55,754 nucleotides of DNA, taken from assembly GCA_043825215.1 (NCBI GenBank), contig JBDRSD010000063.1, forward strand, positions 1 through 55,754, in the 5' to 3' direction. A model generated the notes under the pieces. That model searched no databases and was not told where the DNA came from. It saw nothing but the letters and a program-made list of their open reading frames with translations. Source of the stretch: Nanobdellota archaeon. GTDB taxonomy: Archaea > Nanobdellota > Nanobdellia > Woesearchaeales > JAHJEM01. Numbering within the stretch: position 1 is the stretch's first letter; each line of letters begins with the position of its first letter. A program made the translations under genes and the position numbers. Below are positions 47,248 through 55,754 of the stretch, one piece after another.

Positions 47248-49098
47248 TCACAAGTGCAGGCCTTCTGAAGAACTCATGCCTTTAATGGTTTTCTCCACTC
47301 CTCCCAAAAAATCCTGAACCCTTCTTTGATAATCTGCGGGTTTTGTCGTGACATAGCTATGCATCCTCTCTACTAATGAATTCTTCAGTTTATCAATGGG
47401 TGTACCTTGTAACTCTTCGTATTGGAGTCGTACGTGTGCGGAAAGGTCATGCTGATACGTGCCATTCTTGGTGATCTCAGCCAAATGATAGCCATATATT
47501 CCGAATTTGATGGCATCAGAAATTCTGCCAGGATACTTCAACAACGTCTTTCCTAAGAATCTCAGGTAATTTGGCCCCATTTTCTTCGAAAACAGCTGGA
47601 CAGACCGCATGACTGCAAAAAGATCCTCTTTTTTCCTTATAGTGCGTGAGTGTCTTCCTCTTTGATGCTCAAACATCGTCAATACACGCTCAAAATAGCT
47701 TCCCAAGTCTGGACTATAGAGCCTGTGCAGCAACCCAGTATATTCTCTTGCCAAGACAGCCGTGTCCATTGTTGTCAGAAAATTTGTAGTATCACTTTGG
47801 GTGTTGCTTCCATCGCAACTCTTCGTGAGCCGTCCTTCTTCTTCCATCCTTTCATACAGCGCAGTCCCAGGCCCTGCTCTCAGTAACCCGACCATCGCAA
47901 CAGGTATGCCTGACTCTTGCACAAGACGTTCCTGCCAACCGAAAATTCTTTCATCATCAGAATCAAAGCCTATGATAAACCCGCCAGTCACTTCGACATA
48001 TCGCTGGAGGATCTTCACCTTTTCAACAATCTCTTCAATTTTACTCTCAGGATCAACTTCTGAACTGACATTGAACCTTTTTCCCGTTTCTGCAAGACTT
48101 TTCGGATTTGGAGTCTCGATCCCCACGAAAATCACCTGTCCGCCAGCCCGCACATAATTTCTTAACATACCCTCGTTATTGGCAATGTTCAATGAAATTT
48201 CTGCATGCAAAGCAAAGGGATGTCCCCTTTCCTGCTGAAACTTGGCGACTCTATCAAAGATGGCATTTGCAGATTTTGGCATCCCGATCGGATTATCGTC
48301 TGCAAGGACAACATTTCCTCTCCAGCCCAGCGTATAAAGAGTTCCAAAATCATCAACAATATCCTGGCTTGGCCTGTATCTTGTTTTCGGCCCGAACAAG
48401 GTCGCAACATCACAGAACTCGCAACCACCAGGACAGCCTCTTGAGAATTGCAGTATCATAGAGTCATACGCATCCATTGTCACGAGATCATATCTTGCCC
48501 TGGGCGGGTCTATTGCACGAGAAAAATCAAGCACTTTCGCATCGACATCTTGTCCTTCGAACTGCTTTAGAATTCTTTCCAGGCTCTCATGATTAGGTGT
48601 TCTTGAATACATGTTTTTTAAATGTCCCTGCTGAAGATCATTGATGACCAAGGGAACGGTGTTTTCACCTTCGTTCAGCACCCATACAACCTTATCGACA
48701 ATGTCATCAAGAATTCCATTTTCTGCGTCAAAGTACTTGGTCGCATACGGTCCTCCGAACAGGATTGTCTTCTGCTGCGCTGAAATTCTTTGGATCAATT
48801 CCCTTATGGATTGCGTCTGCACCATTATCCCGGATAACAGGACGATATCTGACCTTGCAATCCTCTCATCAGTGAGAGGCTCAATGTTCGTATCAATAAG
48901 CGAGCAATGGTAATTCTCAGGCAATAATCCTGCAACAGTTATCAGCCCCAAAGGAGGACTCGGGGCACGCTTACCCACGAATTTGAGCGCCCGCTCAAAC
49001 CCCCAATACGTATCTTTAGGGTTTTGTGGATACACAAGAGTGACTTTCACATCATCTCCTGATACGGTTTTTTCAAGCAACCCTTCTGTAATTATCAT
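47248..49098 (-). CDS. B12-binding radical SAM protein (DUF4070-type C-terminus)
   Basis: PPLGLITVA, GGPY, SRGCPGGCEFC, GIETP, GFIIGFDSD. Confidence 0.9.
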   Translation of the reverse strand: MIITEGLLEKTVSGDDVKVTLVYPQNPKDTYWGFERALKFVGKRAPSPPLGLITVAGLLPENYHCSLIDTNIEPLTDERIARSDIVLLSGIMVQTQSIRELIQRISAQQKTILFGGPYATKYFDAENGILDDIVDKVVWVLNEGENTVPLVINDLQQGHLKNMYSRTPNHESLERILKQFEGQDVDAKVLDFSRAIDPPRARYDLVTMDAYDSMILQFSRGCPGGCEFCDVATLFGPKTRYRPSQDIVDDFGTLYTLGWRGNVVLADDNPIGMPKSANAIFDRVAKFQQERGHPFALHAEISLNIANNEGMLRNYVRAGGQVIFVGIETPNPKSLAETGKRFNVSSEVDPESKIEEIVEKVKILQRYVEVTGGFIIGFDSDDERIFGWQERLVQESGIPVAMVGLLRAGPGTALYERMEEEGRLTKSCDGSNTQSDTTNFLTTMDTAVLAREYTGLLHRLYSPDLGSYFERVLTMFEHQRGRHSRTIRKKEDLFAVMRSVQLFSKKMGPNYLRFLGKTLLKYPGRISDAIKFGIYGYHLAEITKNGTYQHDLSAHVRLQYEELQGTPIDKLKNSLVERMHSYVTTKPADYQRRVQDFLGGVEKTIKGMSSSEGLHL

Positions 49099-49350
49099 TT
49101 GTCAATCACACTCTTTTGTTTTTCACGTTCCACTCGTCATGCATAAGACAAATCTTGTGCAAAGAGAGAGAACAGCACATTCAGCACTTGCTTTTGGGGC
49201 AATCTCCCCGATAAAGCGAAGAAAAACAAGATTATATCCGTGTCGCATAACACAGTTATTCCATCAACATTTATAAATATTCCTGGCAAACAAAGGAATC
49301 TTTATTCGGGAATACAGACTTTATGCAAGAATGCACCACTCATTGCATCT

Positions 49351-49442
49351 AATAGCAAATCGCATTGATTTTGGAACTTTGATTTTGCGATTTGCTATTT
49401 AGTAAATCTCCCAACTTGTTCATTAATTTTGGGGATTTACTA
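49351..49442. repeat. two adjacent inverted repeats
   Basis: aatagcaaatcgca/tgcgatttgctatt (14 bp perfect) and tagtaaatc/gatttacta. Confidence 0.8.
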
Positions 49443-49473
49443 TAACATGGGAAATGATACAATGCATTATCTT

Positions 49474-49495
49474 GGTTCGAATCCGGCCGGGGCTA
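49474..49495 (+). repeat. copy of tRNA-Gln 3' end (att remnant)
   Basis: 21/22 identical to 47090-47111. Confidence 0.85.
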
Positions 49496-49761
49496 TGTAT
49501 ATTTTGGTGATCCTAAGGGACTCTTTTTTTCAGAAAGCCTGAATTTAAGAGTCTTGATCACCTCTTTTATGTTTTGACAATCGTATTCTCTCAGGAGTCG
49601 TTCCTTTTCTCTGAGTGAGAATTCTTCATCCAAGAATTTCATGTGGTATCACCAAAGACCTTATGGCCTTGATGATGTTTGAGGGTATGTCTGATTTTGT
49701 ATATATGAAATTAGTTGATTTAGTAATAAGATTTAAGTATTGTATTTGGTTTCTCATTGAT

Positions 49762-51567
49762 ATGAATGATGAGGAGAAGCAGCTTCAATTTGTCATGGAT
49801 TGGTTTCCAGTAAGACCTCGGTTAAGCAGAATTATTAAATCAATAGTGAGGGGCAGGTTAGAGAGACTTGAAATTAGTTCATTTGATGAAATCTATGAAT
49901 CTGTTGGTTTGTTGGTAGAGGAGTTTGATGACAAATCTTATCATCTTCGATCGCTTAACGCTCCTTATTCTCCCGATGATTCAAGAACGCCTATTGAAGT
50001 AACTCCTTTTCGAGAACAAACTCGAGAATCACGGAGTCTATTATCAGATTTGACCCGAAGGTTAGATGGACGGATTTCATCAGATGCAATGAATGTTCTC
50101 TCTCAGTTAGAAAGGTCAGATATTTTTTGTGTTGTGTTTGGAGTACCAGTTGATATTGACGTTTCTCTGATAGAGTCACGCCTTGAAGAGATTGCTGTTT
50201 TGCTGGCACCAAATGGGTATGTGCCTGAGCGTCCAATAAAATCAGTTTCATTCTCTCCTCTAAAGATTACGTTCAGAAGGAGGTCATATGATGGCAATCC
50301 TTATAGAATTGTGGAAGAGAATCCTGAGAAATACGGAAATTTACGACGGTGGGAGTTGGGAAAATTTGATCCTGCTTTATATGAGGCGTTGCATAATCAT
50401 GATCAGATTCACCTAATTCCTAGAGAAAGAAGGTTTTTTGGTAATCTTCTAACATTTTTGCGAGCAAAATATGGTGATCTAACAAGAGGTCAGATTGCTC
50501 TGCGTGATCCCCCTTTTTACAATGCATTGAGAAAGTCAGGAAAAATCGAGTGGGTGGGATATAAACATCGACGATTTAATGGTAATCCAAAGGCATATTT
50601 TAATGAGAAATTAAGTGAATTGTCCGTAAAGCGAAGGTCTGACTTAATGAAAAAGGATAGATCTCTTCTTGAGGCGATGAGACGGTCAGGACAACTTGAT
50701 GAAGTATTACCTGCAGATCCCAAACGACATGCTGCGGGAAAAAAATCAGGAACCATAAGAAATTCCCCGAAGAAGATAGAAGAAATAATATCTGCATTCG
50801 AAACGTATCAAGGAAATTCGAGAGAAGCGTCAACGAACCTCTCCGTAAGTCCATCGACTATCAGAAGATATTGGCGAGAAGCAGGCCTTTACACTCCCAA
50901 TAAATTACCTTCTTCTCGCAGTCATGGTTTATCCCCTTCTCAGGTAAAAATGGTAACAGATTCTCACGCAACATATCAGGGGAATGCGACTGAGGCTAGC
51001 AATCATCTTCCGTTCTCAAGATGGACAATAGGAAAATATTGGAAAGAAGAAGGACTTGAACATATCGTAAAAGGAAATCCCACATCACAAGATGAACGAA
51101 CAAGAATCATTTCTGCTTATGATGAATATGACGGTAATCTTTCTGCTGCAACAAGGGAACTTCCCTATACTAGGACAATTATTCGAAGGATTTGGGAAGA
51201 AGAACATCTGCAAGCAAAGGGAAAAGAGTCAGGACCAATACTTAATGATCGAGAAAAGCAAGAAATCTTAGACGCCTATGATTTGTATGATGGTCATCCT
51301 TCATTAGCAGCCTCAGGTCTTAACCGTTCATTCAGAACAGTAAGAAAAATGTGGGATGCTGCAGGACTTCAAGTAAATAATGACTACTCTGCTCAACGAT
51401 TACCAGAAGAAGGAATTGAGGTCATTTGTGAGGCGCATACCACTTTTAATGGTAACGCTTCAGAAGTAGCTCGTAATATTCCATATAACCGAGCCACTAT
51501 CTCTAAATATTGGCGAGAAAATGGTCTGGTCAGTAAAGGGAAGCGAACCAGGAAAAAAATAATGTGA
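49762..51567 (+). CDS. multi-repeat putative DNA-binding protein (3 + 5 helical repeats)
   Basis: five repeats I.SA..Y.GN...A...L..S..TI..YW...GL and three GN....Y..L.R......D...Y.AL repeats. Confidence 0.8.
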   Translation: MNDEEKQLQFVMDWFPVRPRLSRIIKSIVRGRLERLEISSFDEIYESVGLLVEEFDDKSYHLRSLNAPYSPDDSRTPIEVTPFREQTRESRSLLSDLTRRLDGRISSDAMNVLSQLERSDIFCVVFGVPVDIDVSLIESRLEEIAVLLAPNGYVPERPIKSVSFSPLKITFRRRSYDGNPYRIVEENPEKYGNLRRWELGKFDPALYEALHNHDQIHLIPRERRFFGNLLTFLRAKYGDLTRGQIALRDPPFYNALRKSGKIEWVGYKHRRFNGNPKAYFNEKLSELSVKRRSDLMKKDRSLLEAMRRSGQLDEVLPADPKRHAAGKKSGTIRNSPKKIEEIISAFETYQGNSREASTNLSVSPSTIRRYWREAGLYTPNKLPSSRSHGLSPSQVKMVTDSHATYQGNATEASNHLPFSRWTIGKYWKEEGLEHIVKGNPTSQDERTRIISAYDEYDGNLSAATRELPYTRTIIRRIWEEEHLQAKGKESGPILNDREKQEILDAYDLYDGHPSLAASGLNRSFRTVRKMWDAAGLQVNNDYSAQRLPEEGIEVICEAHTTFNGNASEVARNIPYNRATISKYWRENGLVSKGKRTRKKIM

Positions 51568-51844
51568 GTACAGAGCAACTCAAGGACATTCTCAAATGTC
51601 GAGAAGCATTTGGTAAAAAAATAGATATTATTTGATATCATGTTTACGCAGTCCCATCAGGCCAATATCCATGCCTAATACGCAAGAATTCTTGCGTTTC
51701 CGCCGTTTTCCAGGCCTAAATTCTGCCCGTTACTATGTCTTCCCCTATCTGGGAAAACGGGCCTGGATAAGTCGTGGAATGTCTGATCTGATGAGTGTTG
51801 GGGTGTGTGAGTTTGTAAATCGAAACATTTAAATAGAAGTATCA

Positions 51845-51870
51845 CTAAAATAGCTAAATTGGCTATTTAG
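51845..51870. promoter_or_regulatory. inverted repeat in the second AbiE promoter
   Basis: ctaaaatagct-aaat-tggctatttag between the TATA box and the ATG. Confidence 0.5.
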
Positions 51871-51879
51871 GCGTTATTA

Positions 51880-52380
51880 ATGGAGTCGCTGTCAAAAAAG
51901 GAAGTTGAAGTCATTGCAAACCTAGAATTCAGTAAGAAGTATTTCTTCACAAGAACTGACATTAAGGAATTCTTTAGCAGTGTGCAACAGATCAATGATT
52001 TTATCTTTGGCCTGAAAAATAAAAAAAGGATCATCAAACTAAATAAGAGAAAATATTATCTTATCCCCATAAAAGCCCGAAGCGGAGGCTGGTCAGAGCA
52101 CCCATTCATAATAGCAGACGAGCTGTGTGATGGAAAAGACTATGTTATCGGAGGGTGGGCTGCAACAAAGTACTGGAAACTCACAGACCAGATTCCAGCA
52201 CAAACTGACATCTATACGACAAGAAGACAAGGAAAAATCAGCATTATGAACTCTCGTTTCGTATTCCATAGGACCACAAAAGAAAAAATAAATAGAGGAA
52301 TCAAAAAAGAAGTAGAAGGACACCCATTCAAGATTCTACCTAAACAAGAGGCAGCAGCATGGTACCAGAAGAGACGGTAA
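51880..52380 (+). CDS. AbiEi-like antitoxin
   Basis: paralog of 22505-23005; GGWAATKYWKLTDQIP. Confidence 0.85.
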   Translation: MESLSKKEVEVIANLEFSKKYFFTRTDIKEFFSSVQQINDFIFGLKNKKRIIKLNKRKYYLIPIKARSGGWSEHPFIIADELCDGKDYVIGGWAATKYWKLTDQIPAQTDIYTTRRQGKISIMNSRFVFHRTTKEKINRGIKKEVEGHPFKILPKQEAAAWYQKRR

Positions 52381-53141
52381 ATAAGGACTTCATCGCAGAC
52401 CTCGTTGCAAGAACGCACTTCAACCAGGTCTTGCTCGCCAAAGACTACTACCTCACAAAAATGCTGTATGCCATAAAAGATGTCAAAGGAATCTATTTCA
52501 AAGGCGGAACTGCATTAAACAAAATATTTCTTGACCACGCTAGGCTAAGTGAGGATATTGATTTCACCCTCACTGAAGATGTCAGAAAGAAACAAGCAGA
52601 ACTCACAAGAATCCTCAAAAAACAACCATTCATAACAAAAATAACAGAGGACAAATCAGTCGAAGGATTCATACGGATGGTAAACCATTACACGAATTTC
52701 TCAGGCGAAGAAGACACCATATTCATAGACCTCAACCAAAGAGGAAAGCTCCTCACCAAACCAGAAAGTCACACCCTACCTCACTTTTACCCAGATATAC
52801 CATCATTTACAATATACACACTCTCACAAGAAGAGATGATAGCAGAAAAAGTCGCGGCAGCAATAGGCAGGAACCGTCCACGAGACCATTATGATATCTA
52901 CCAGATAATCAAGCATGACCTGCCAATAAACATGAAACTGGTAGAACAAAAATGCAAGGATTCTGGCGATGAATTCAGCATAATAAAGATGTTTAACAAG
53001 GCCAAAAAGCTCAAAAATCGTTGGGAAGAAGACATGATACCCCTACTCCCAAAACCAGAATCATTCGCAGAAATCATAAAATTCCTCGCACAACACTTCC
53101 ACCTCAAAGAAGCAAAAGAAGAAAAAAAAGATAACAAGTGA
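52359..53141 (+). CDS. AbiEii-like nucleotidyltransferase toxin
   Basis: KDYY, FKGGTAL, RLSEDID, AEK, RPRDHYD. Confidence 0.9.
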   Translation: MVPEETVNKDFIADLVARTHFNQVLLAKDYYLTKMLYAIKDVKGIYFKGGTALNKIFLDHARLSEDIDFTLTEDVRKKQAELTRILKKQPFITKITEDKSVEGFIRMVNHYTNFSGEEDTIFIDLNQRGKLLTKPESHTLPHFYPDIPSFTIYTLSQEEMIAEKVAAAIGRNRPRDHYDIYQIIKHDLPINMKLVEQKCKDSGDEFSIIKMFNKAKKLKNRWEEDMIPLLPKPESFAEIIKFLAQHFHLKEAKEEKKDNK

Positions 53142-53193
53142 TATACATCCTCCGACAAGAGGAGTCCTCCACGATCATCTCATTACCCCACCC

Positions 53194-53206
53194 CCGGGCG
53201 GGGCTA
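53194..53206 (+). repeat. decayed tRNA-Gln 3' end
   Basis: ccgggcggggcta, 12/13 to 47099-47111; intergenic. Confidence 0.55.
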
Positions 53207-53242
53207 GTCATTTTTTATCCTGATGACGGGGGTGGCTGGAGT

Positions 53243-53318
53243 TTGTTCCAGTGAGGGAACAACTGTTTTATATGTGGAACAATCAAGATAAAAAAATATT
53301 TAAAGGAACAATCGTTCC
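53243..53318. promoter_or_regulatory. GGAACAA operator-like repeats
   Basis: ggaacaa at 53256, 53276 and 53305; imperfect palindrome ggaacaatcgttcc at the start of the gene. Confidence 0.55.
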
Positions 53319-53876
53319 ATGGATGATATGCTTGAAAAATACGCCCTTTTTACTGTATTCAGGACATTACGGGAGACAGATACCGAAGAATCCATAAGGT
53401 CCCTTTCCCGGAAGGCCAATGTTGGGGTTGCGACAGCAAAACGCTGCATTGACTACCTTTATGAGAAGAATATCGTCAAGAGAAAGATCATAGGAAATCT
53501 CCATCAATATTCTCTTGATAATGAAAGTCTGCTCACCAGGCAATTGAAGATTGCCATGACGTCTGCAGACATAGTAGAATCAGGGCTTGTCGAAGAGATT
53601 GCAAAAAAATATCCTGAAATACACTCCATCGTCTGGTATGGATCGACAGCAATCGGAACAGACTCGCCGCAGAGCGACATTGATATCGCAGTGATAGCAA
53701 GGGCCCCTTTGAGGCTCAAGCCTTTGTCTGCTGAAACAAGACTGAAGAGAGAAGTATCATTGTCTTCCTTCACTTTGCAGGAATGGAGAAAAAAAGCCCG
53801 GACCGACAAGGCATATTATGACGCAGTCATTATCGACGGGATATGCATTCATGGGGAAATGCCGGTGGTGGTCTGA
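53319..53876 (+). CDS. HTH-MNT antitoxin
   Basis: SIRSLSRKANVGVATA HTH; WYGSTAIG..SDIDIAV. Confidence 0.88.
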   Translation: MDDMLEKYALFTVFRTLRETDTEESIRSLSRKANVGVATAKRCIDYLYEKNIVKRKIIGNLHQYSLDNESLLTRQLKIAMTSADIVESGLVEEIAKKYPEIHSIVWYGSTAIGTDSPQSDIDIAVIARAPLRLKPLSAETRLKREVSLSSFTLQEWRKKARTDKAYYDAVIIDGICIHGEMPVVV

Positions 53877-54298
53877 TGGACGTCAATGAATGCCTTGAAA
53901 AGGGTCTGCTGAAAAAGGAAACGCCTGACAAGAGAAAAGCAGATAAGTCCATAGAAGTTGCAGTCTACAAGCTTGAGCGGGCAAGAAAACTCCTTGAATT
54001 GGGCATGTTCGAGGAGACCATACTCAACGGCTATGCTGCATTGTTCCACGCGGGAAGAGCAATTCTCTTCAGGGATGGCATCAGGGAAAAAAGCCACTAT
54101 GCCCTCTTCGTGTACCTCAAAGAAAAATACTCGGACAAGCTTGAACGTCGGTTCCTGAATGAGCTGAATTCATATCGGCTTGAACGCCATGACATCAGCT
54201 ACGGCCTGGAAAAACCGCAAATAGGCAAGGAAGAAGCAGAGCACATCGTCGAAGCTGCGAAAAATTTTATCAATGCCACGAAGAAAATGATTGCCTGA
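53876..54298 (+). CDS. HEPN-domain toxin
   Basis: YAALFHAGRAIL..KSH..RHDISY. Confidence 0.88.
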   Translation: MDVNECLEKGLLKKETPDKRKADKSIEVAVYKLERARKLLELGMFEETILNGYAALFHAGRAILFRDGIREKSHYALFVYLKEKYSDKLERRFLNELNSYRLERHDISYGLEKPQIGKEEAEHIVEAAKNFINATKKMIA

Positions 54299-54324
54299 AA
54301 CAATTCAAGACAGCCCATCGGCAT

Positions 54325-54346
54325 CGGTTCGAATCCTGGCGGAGCA
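54325..54346 (+). repeat. decayed tRNA 3' end (Gln- or Glu-like)
   Basis: cggttcgaatcctggcggagca, T-arm plus acceptor strand with no upstream tRNA body. Confidence 0.65.
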
Positions 54347-54444
54347 GGTTTTTTAACGACAATCTTTTCTTCACTTCTCATGTGGACCTTCCAACCGAAA
54401 ACTATAATAGCCAGTGCATGAGTACTTTCTTCTGGGGTGTTTGC

Positions 54445-55515
54445 ATGCGAATCGAAAATGACGTGAAGCTTGATTTTGAGGATGTTCTGATACGGCCAAA
54501 ACGAAGCACGCTGACAAGCAGGGCAGAAGTCTCTCTCGAGAGATCATTCACCTTCCTGCACAGCCATCGCACATGGACAGGAATTCCGATCGTTGCAGCG
54601 AACATGGACTCGAGCGGAACATTCGAGATGGCAGAGGCACTTGCACAGCATAAGATGCTCACTGTTCTCCACAAATTCTACAACGTGAAAGAACTGGCAA
54701 TATTCTTGCCGAAATTCAACAAGCCAGACTATGTCTCCTACTGTGTGGGCATCCGCGACGAAGACTTTGCAAAACTCAAAGAAGTTATGAACAAGGGATT
54801 GCATAAGCATTTCAACTTCATCTGCCTTGATGTTCCCAATGCGTACCTGGAATCTGTTGTCAAGAAACTCAGGGAATTACGAAAACTCTTACCCTCCCAC
54901 ACGATCATCGCAGGAAACGTTGTCACAAACGAGATGACAGAAGAACTCCTCCTCTCAGGTGCTGACATCGTAAAAGTGGGCATAGGGCCTGGAAGCATGT
55001 GCCTCACCAGAAGAAAGACGGGAGTTGGCTATCCGCAGCTTTCTGCGACAATCGAATGCGCAGATGCGGCCCATGGCATCGGAAGCAATGGCGGCTGTGG
55101 ACTCATCATGTCAGACGGAGGCGCAAGATACCCTGCAGACGTCGCCAAAGCCTTTTGCGGCGGAGCAGACTTTCTCATGAGCGGAAGCCTCTTTTCCGGA
55201 AACGACCAATCTGGCGGAAAACTCATCACAAAAGACGGCAAGAAATTCAAAGAATGCTACGGCTCCAGTTCCGACGTTGCCATGAAACGGCATTATGGAA
55301 AGGTCGAAAAACACCGCACATCAGAAGGCAGATACTCCCTCATTCCCTACAAGGGAAATGTCAACGATTTTATCCTTGACCTCCTCGGAAGCTTGCGCAG
55401 TACGGCAACATACATCGGCGCACGACGCCTTAAAGAATTCTCCAAGCGCGCAACATTCATCATGGTTGGTAGACAACTCAATACAAGCCTTGAACAGTAC
55501 GACGCAAGGGAATAA
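54445..55515 (+). CDS. guaC: GMP reductase
   Basis: KLDFEDVLIRPKRSTL.SR, AANMD, KVGIGPGSMC.TR..GVGYPQLSA. Confidence 0.95.
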   Translation: MRIENDVKLDFEDVLIRPKRSTLTSRAEVSLERSFTFLHSHRTWTGIPIVAANMDSSGTFEMAEALAQHKMLTVLHKFYNVKELAIFLPKFNKPDYVSYCVGIRDEDFAKLKEVMNKGLHKHFNFICLDVPNAYLESVVKKLRELRKLLPSHTIIAGNVVTNEMTEELLLSGADIVKVGIGPGSMCLTRRKTGVGYPQLSATIECADAAHGIGSNGGCGLIMSDGGARYPADVAKAFCGGADFLMSGSLFSGNDQSGGKLITKDGKKFKECYGSSSDVAMKRHYGKVEKHRTSEGRYSLIPYKGNVNDFILDLLGSLRSTATYIGARRLKEFSKRATFIMVGRQLNTSLEQYDARE

Positions 55516-55527
55516 TTCTTTAAAAAC

Positions 55528-55754
55528 TGTTCAATTTGATAATCTGTTCACACATTTGATTTTGTTGTTCTTATTCTTGTTTTTTGGTGATATATATGGT
55601 GCAATTGACCAAGAAGAAGAGAAAATGGATTATTGCCCAGTTTCGGGCAGGTAGGAGTGCTACAGGTATAGCTGGAATTCAAAAGATTAGCAGAAGGTAT
55701 GTCTACAAACTTGTTGCAAATCACAAGAAGGACGGTTTGGCTGCTTATGAGGGG
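55528..55754 (+). mobile_element. probable left end of an IS481-like insertion sequence with partial transposase (ATG 55596, truncated by the window)
   Basis: TGT-starting end tgttcaatttgataatctgttcacaca; MVQLTKKKRKWII..GRSATGIAGIQKISRRYVYKLV..KDG HTH. Confidence 0.55.

Noticed and set aside
49615-49761. N-terminal extension of the repeat protein
   Set aside because: A TATA box at about 49731 supports the ATG at 49762
1-55754. Stop-codon reassignment, rRNA genes, or reverse-transcriptase systems (DGR, retron)
   Set aside because: Conserved genes are full length under code 11 and end in TAA, TAG or TGA; no rRNA-like stretch or RT motif was seen

Overview
Archaeal chromosomal window, most likely DPANN (Woesearchaeota-like; inferred from the split RpoB and RpoA, TATA-box leaderless genes, Cys-rich DTDGG surface protein and HIT pair). 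The core is the rpoH-rpoB''-rpoB'-rpoA'-rpoA''-eL30-nusA...uS12 cluster, plus Rad50, a P-type ATPase, a beta-CASP nuclease and GuaC. There are eight tRNA genes. Seven carry 1-3 introns with recognisable, some relaxed, bulge-helix-bulge (BHB) junctions at D-loop, 37/38 and 59/60 positions. Most accessory DNA is anchored at tRNA genes. (i) A ~10.2 kb element (4960-15191) sits in tRNA-Lys(CTT). Its tyrosine integrase gene is split in frame by the 14-bp att core (SSV1/pTN3-like). It encodes a family-A-polymerase-like protein with an ori-like tract and a dead-TnpA/YgjP/Hef-helicase operon. (ii) Two families of ~91-99 bp integrase-less mini-elements duplicate tRNA 3' ends (Ser and Tyr; Pro and Gln). 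(iii) 5'-end tRNA duplications occur at Lys, Ser and Pro. (iv) Tandem cassettes rich in toxin-antitoxin genes are delimited by decayed tRNA 3' ends. A structured SRP-like ncRNA with covarying palindromic inserts and a bacterial serine-palmitoyltransferase-like gene are also present. All family assignments are by eye from motifs; no searches were run.
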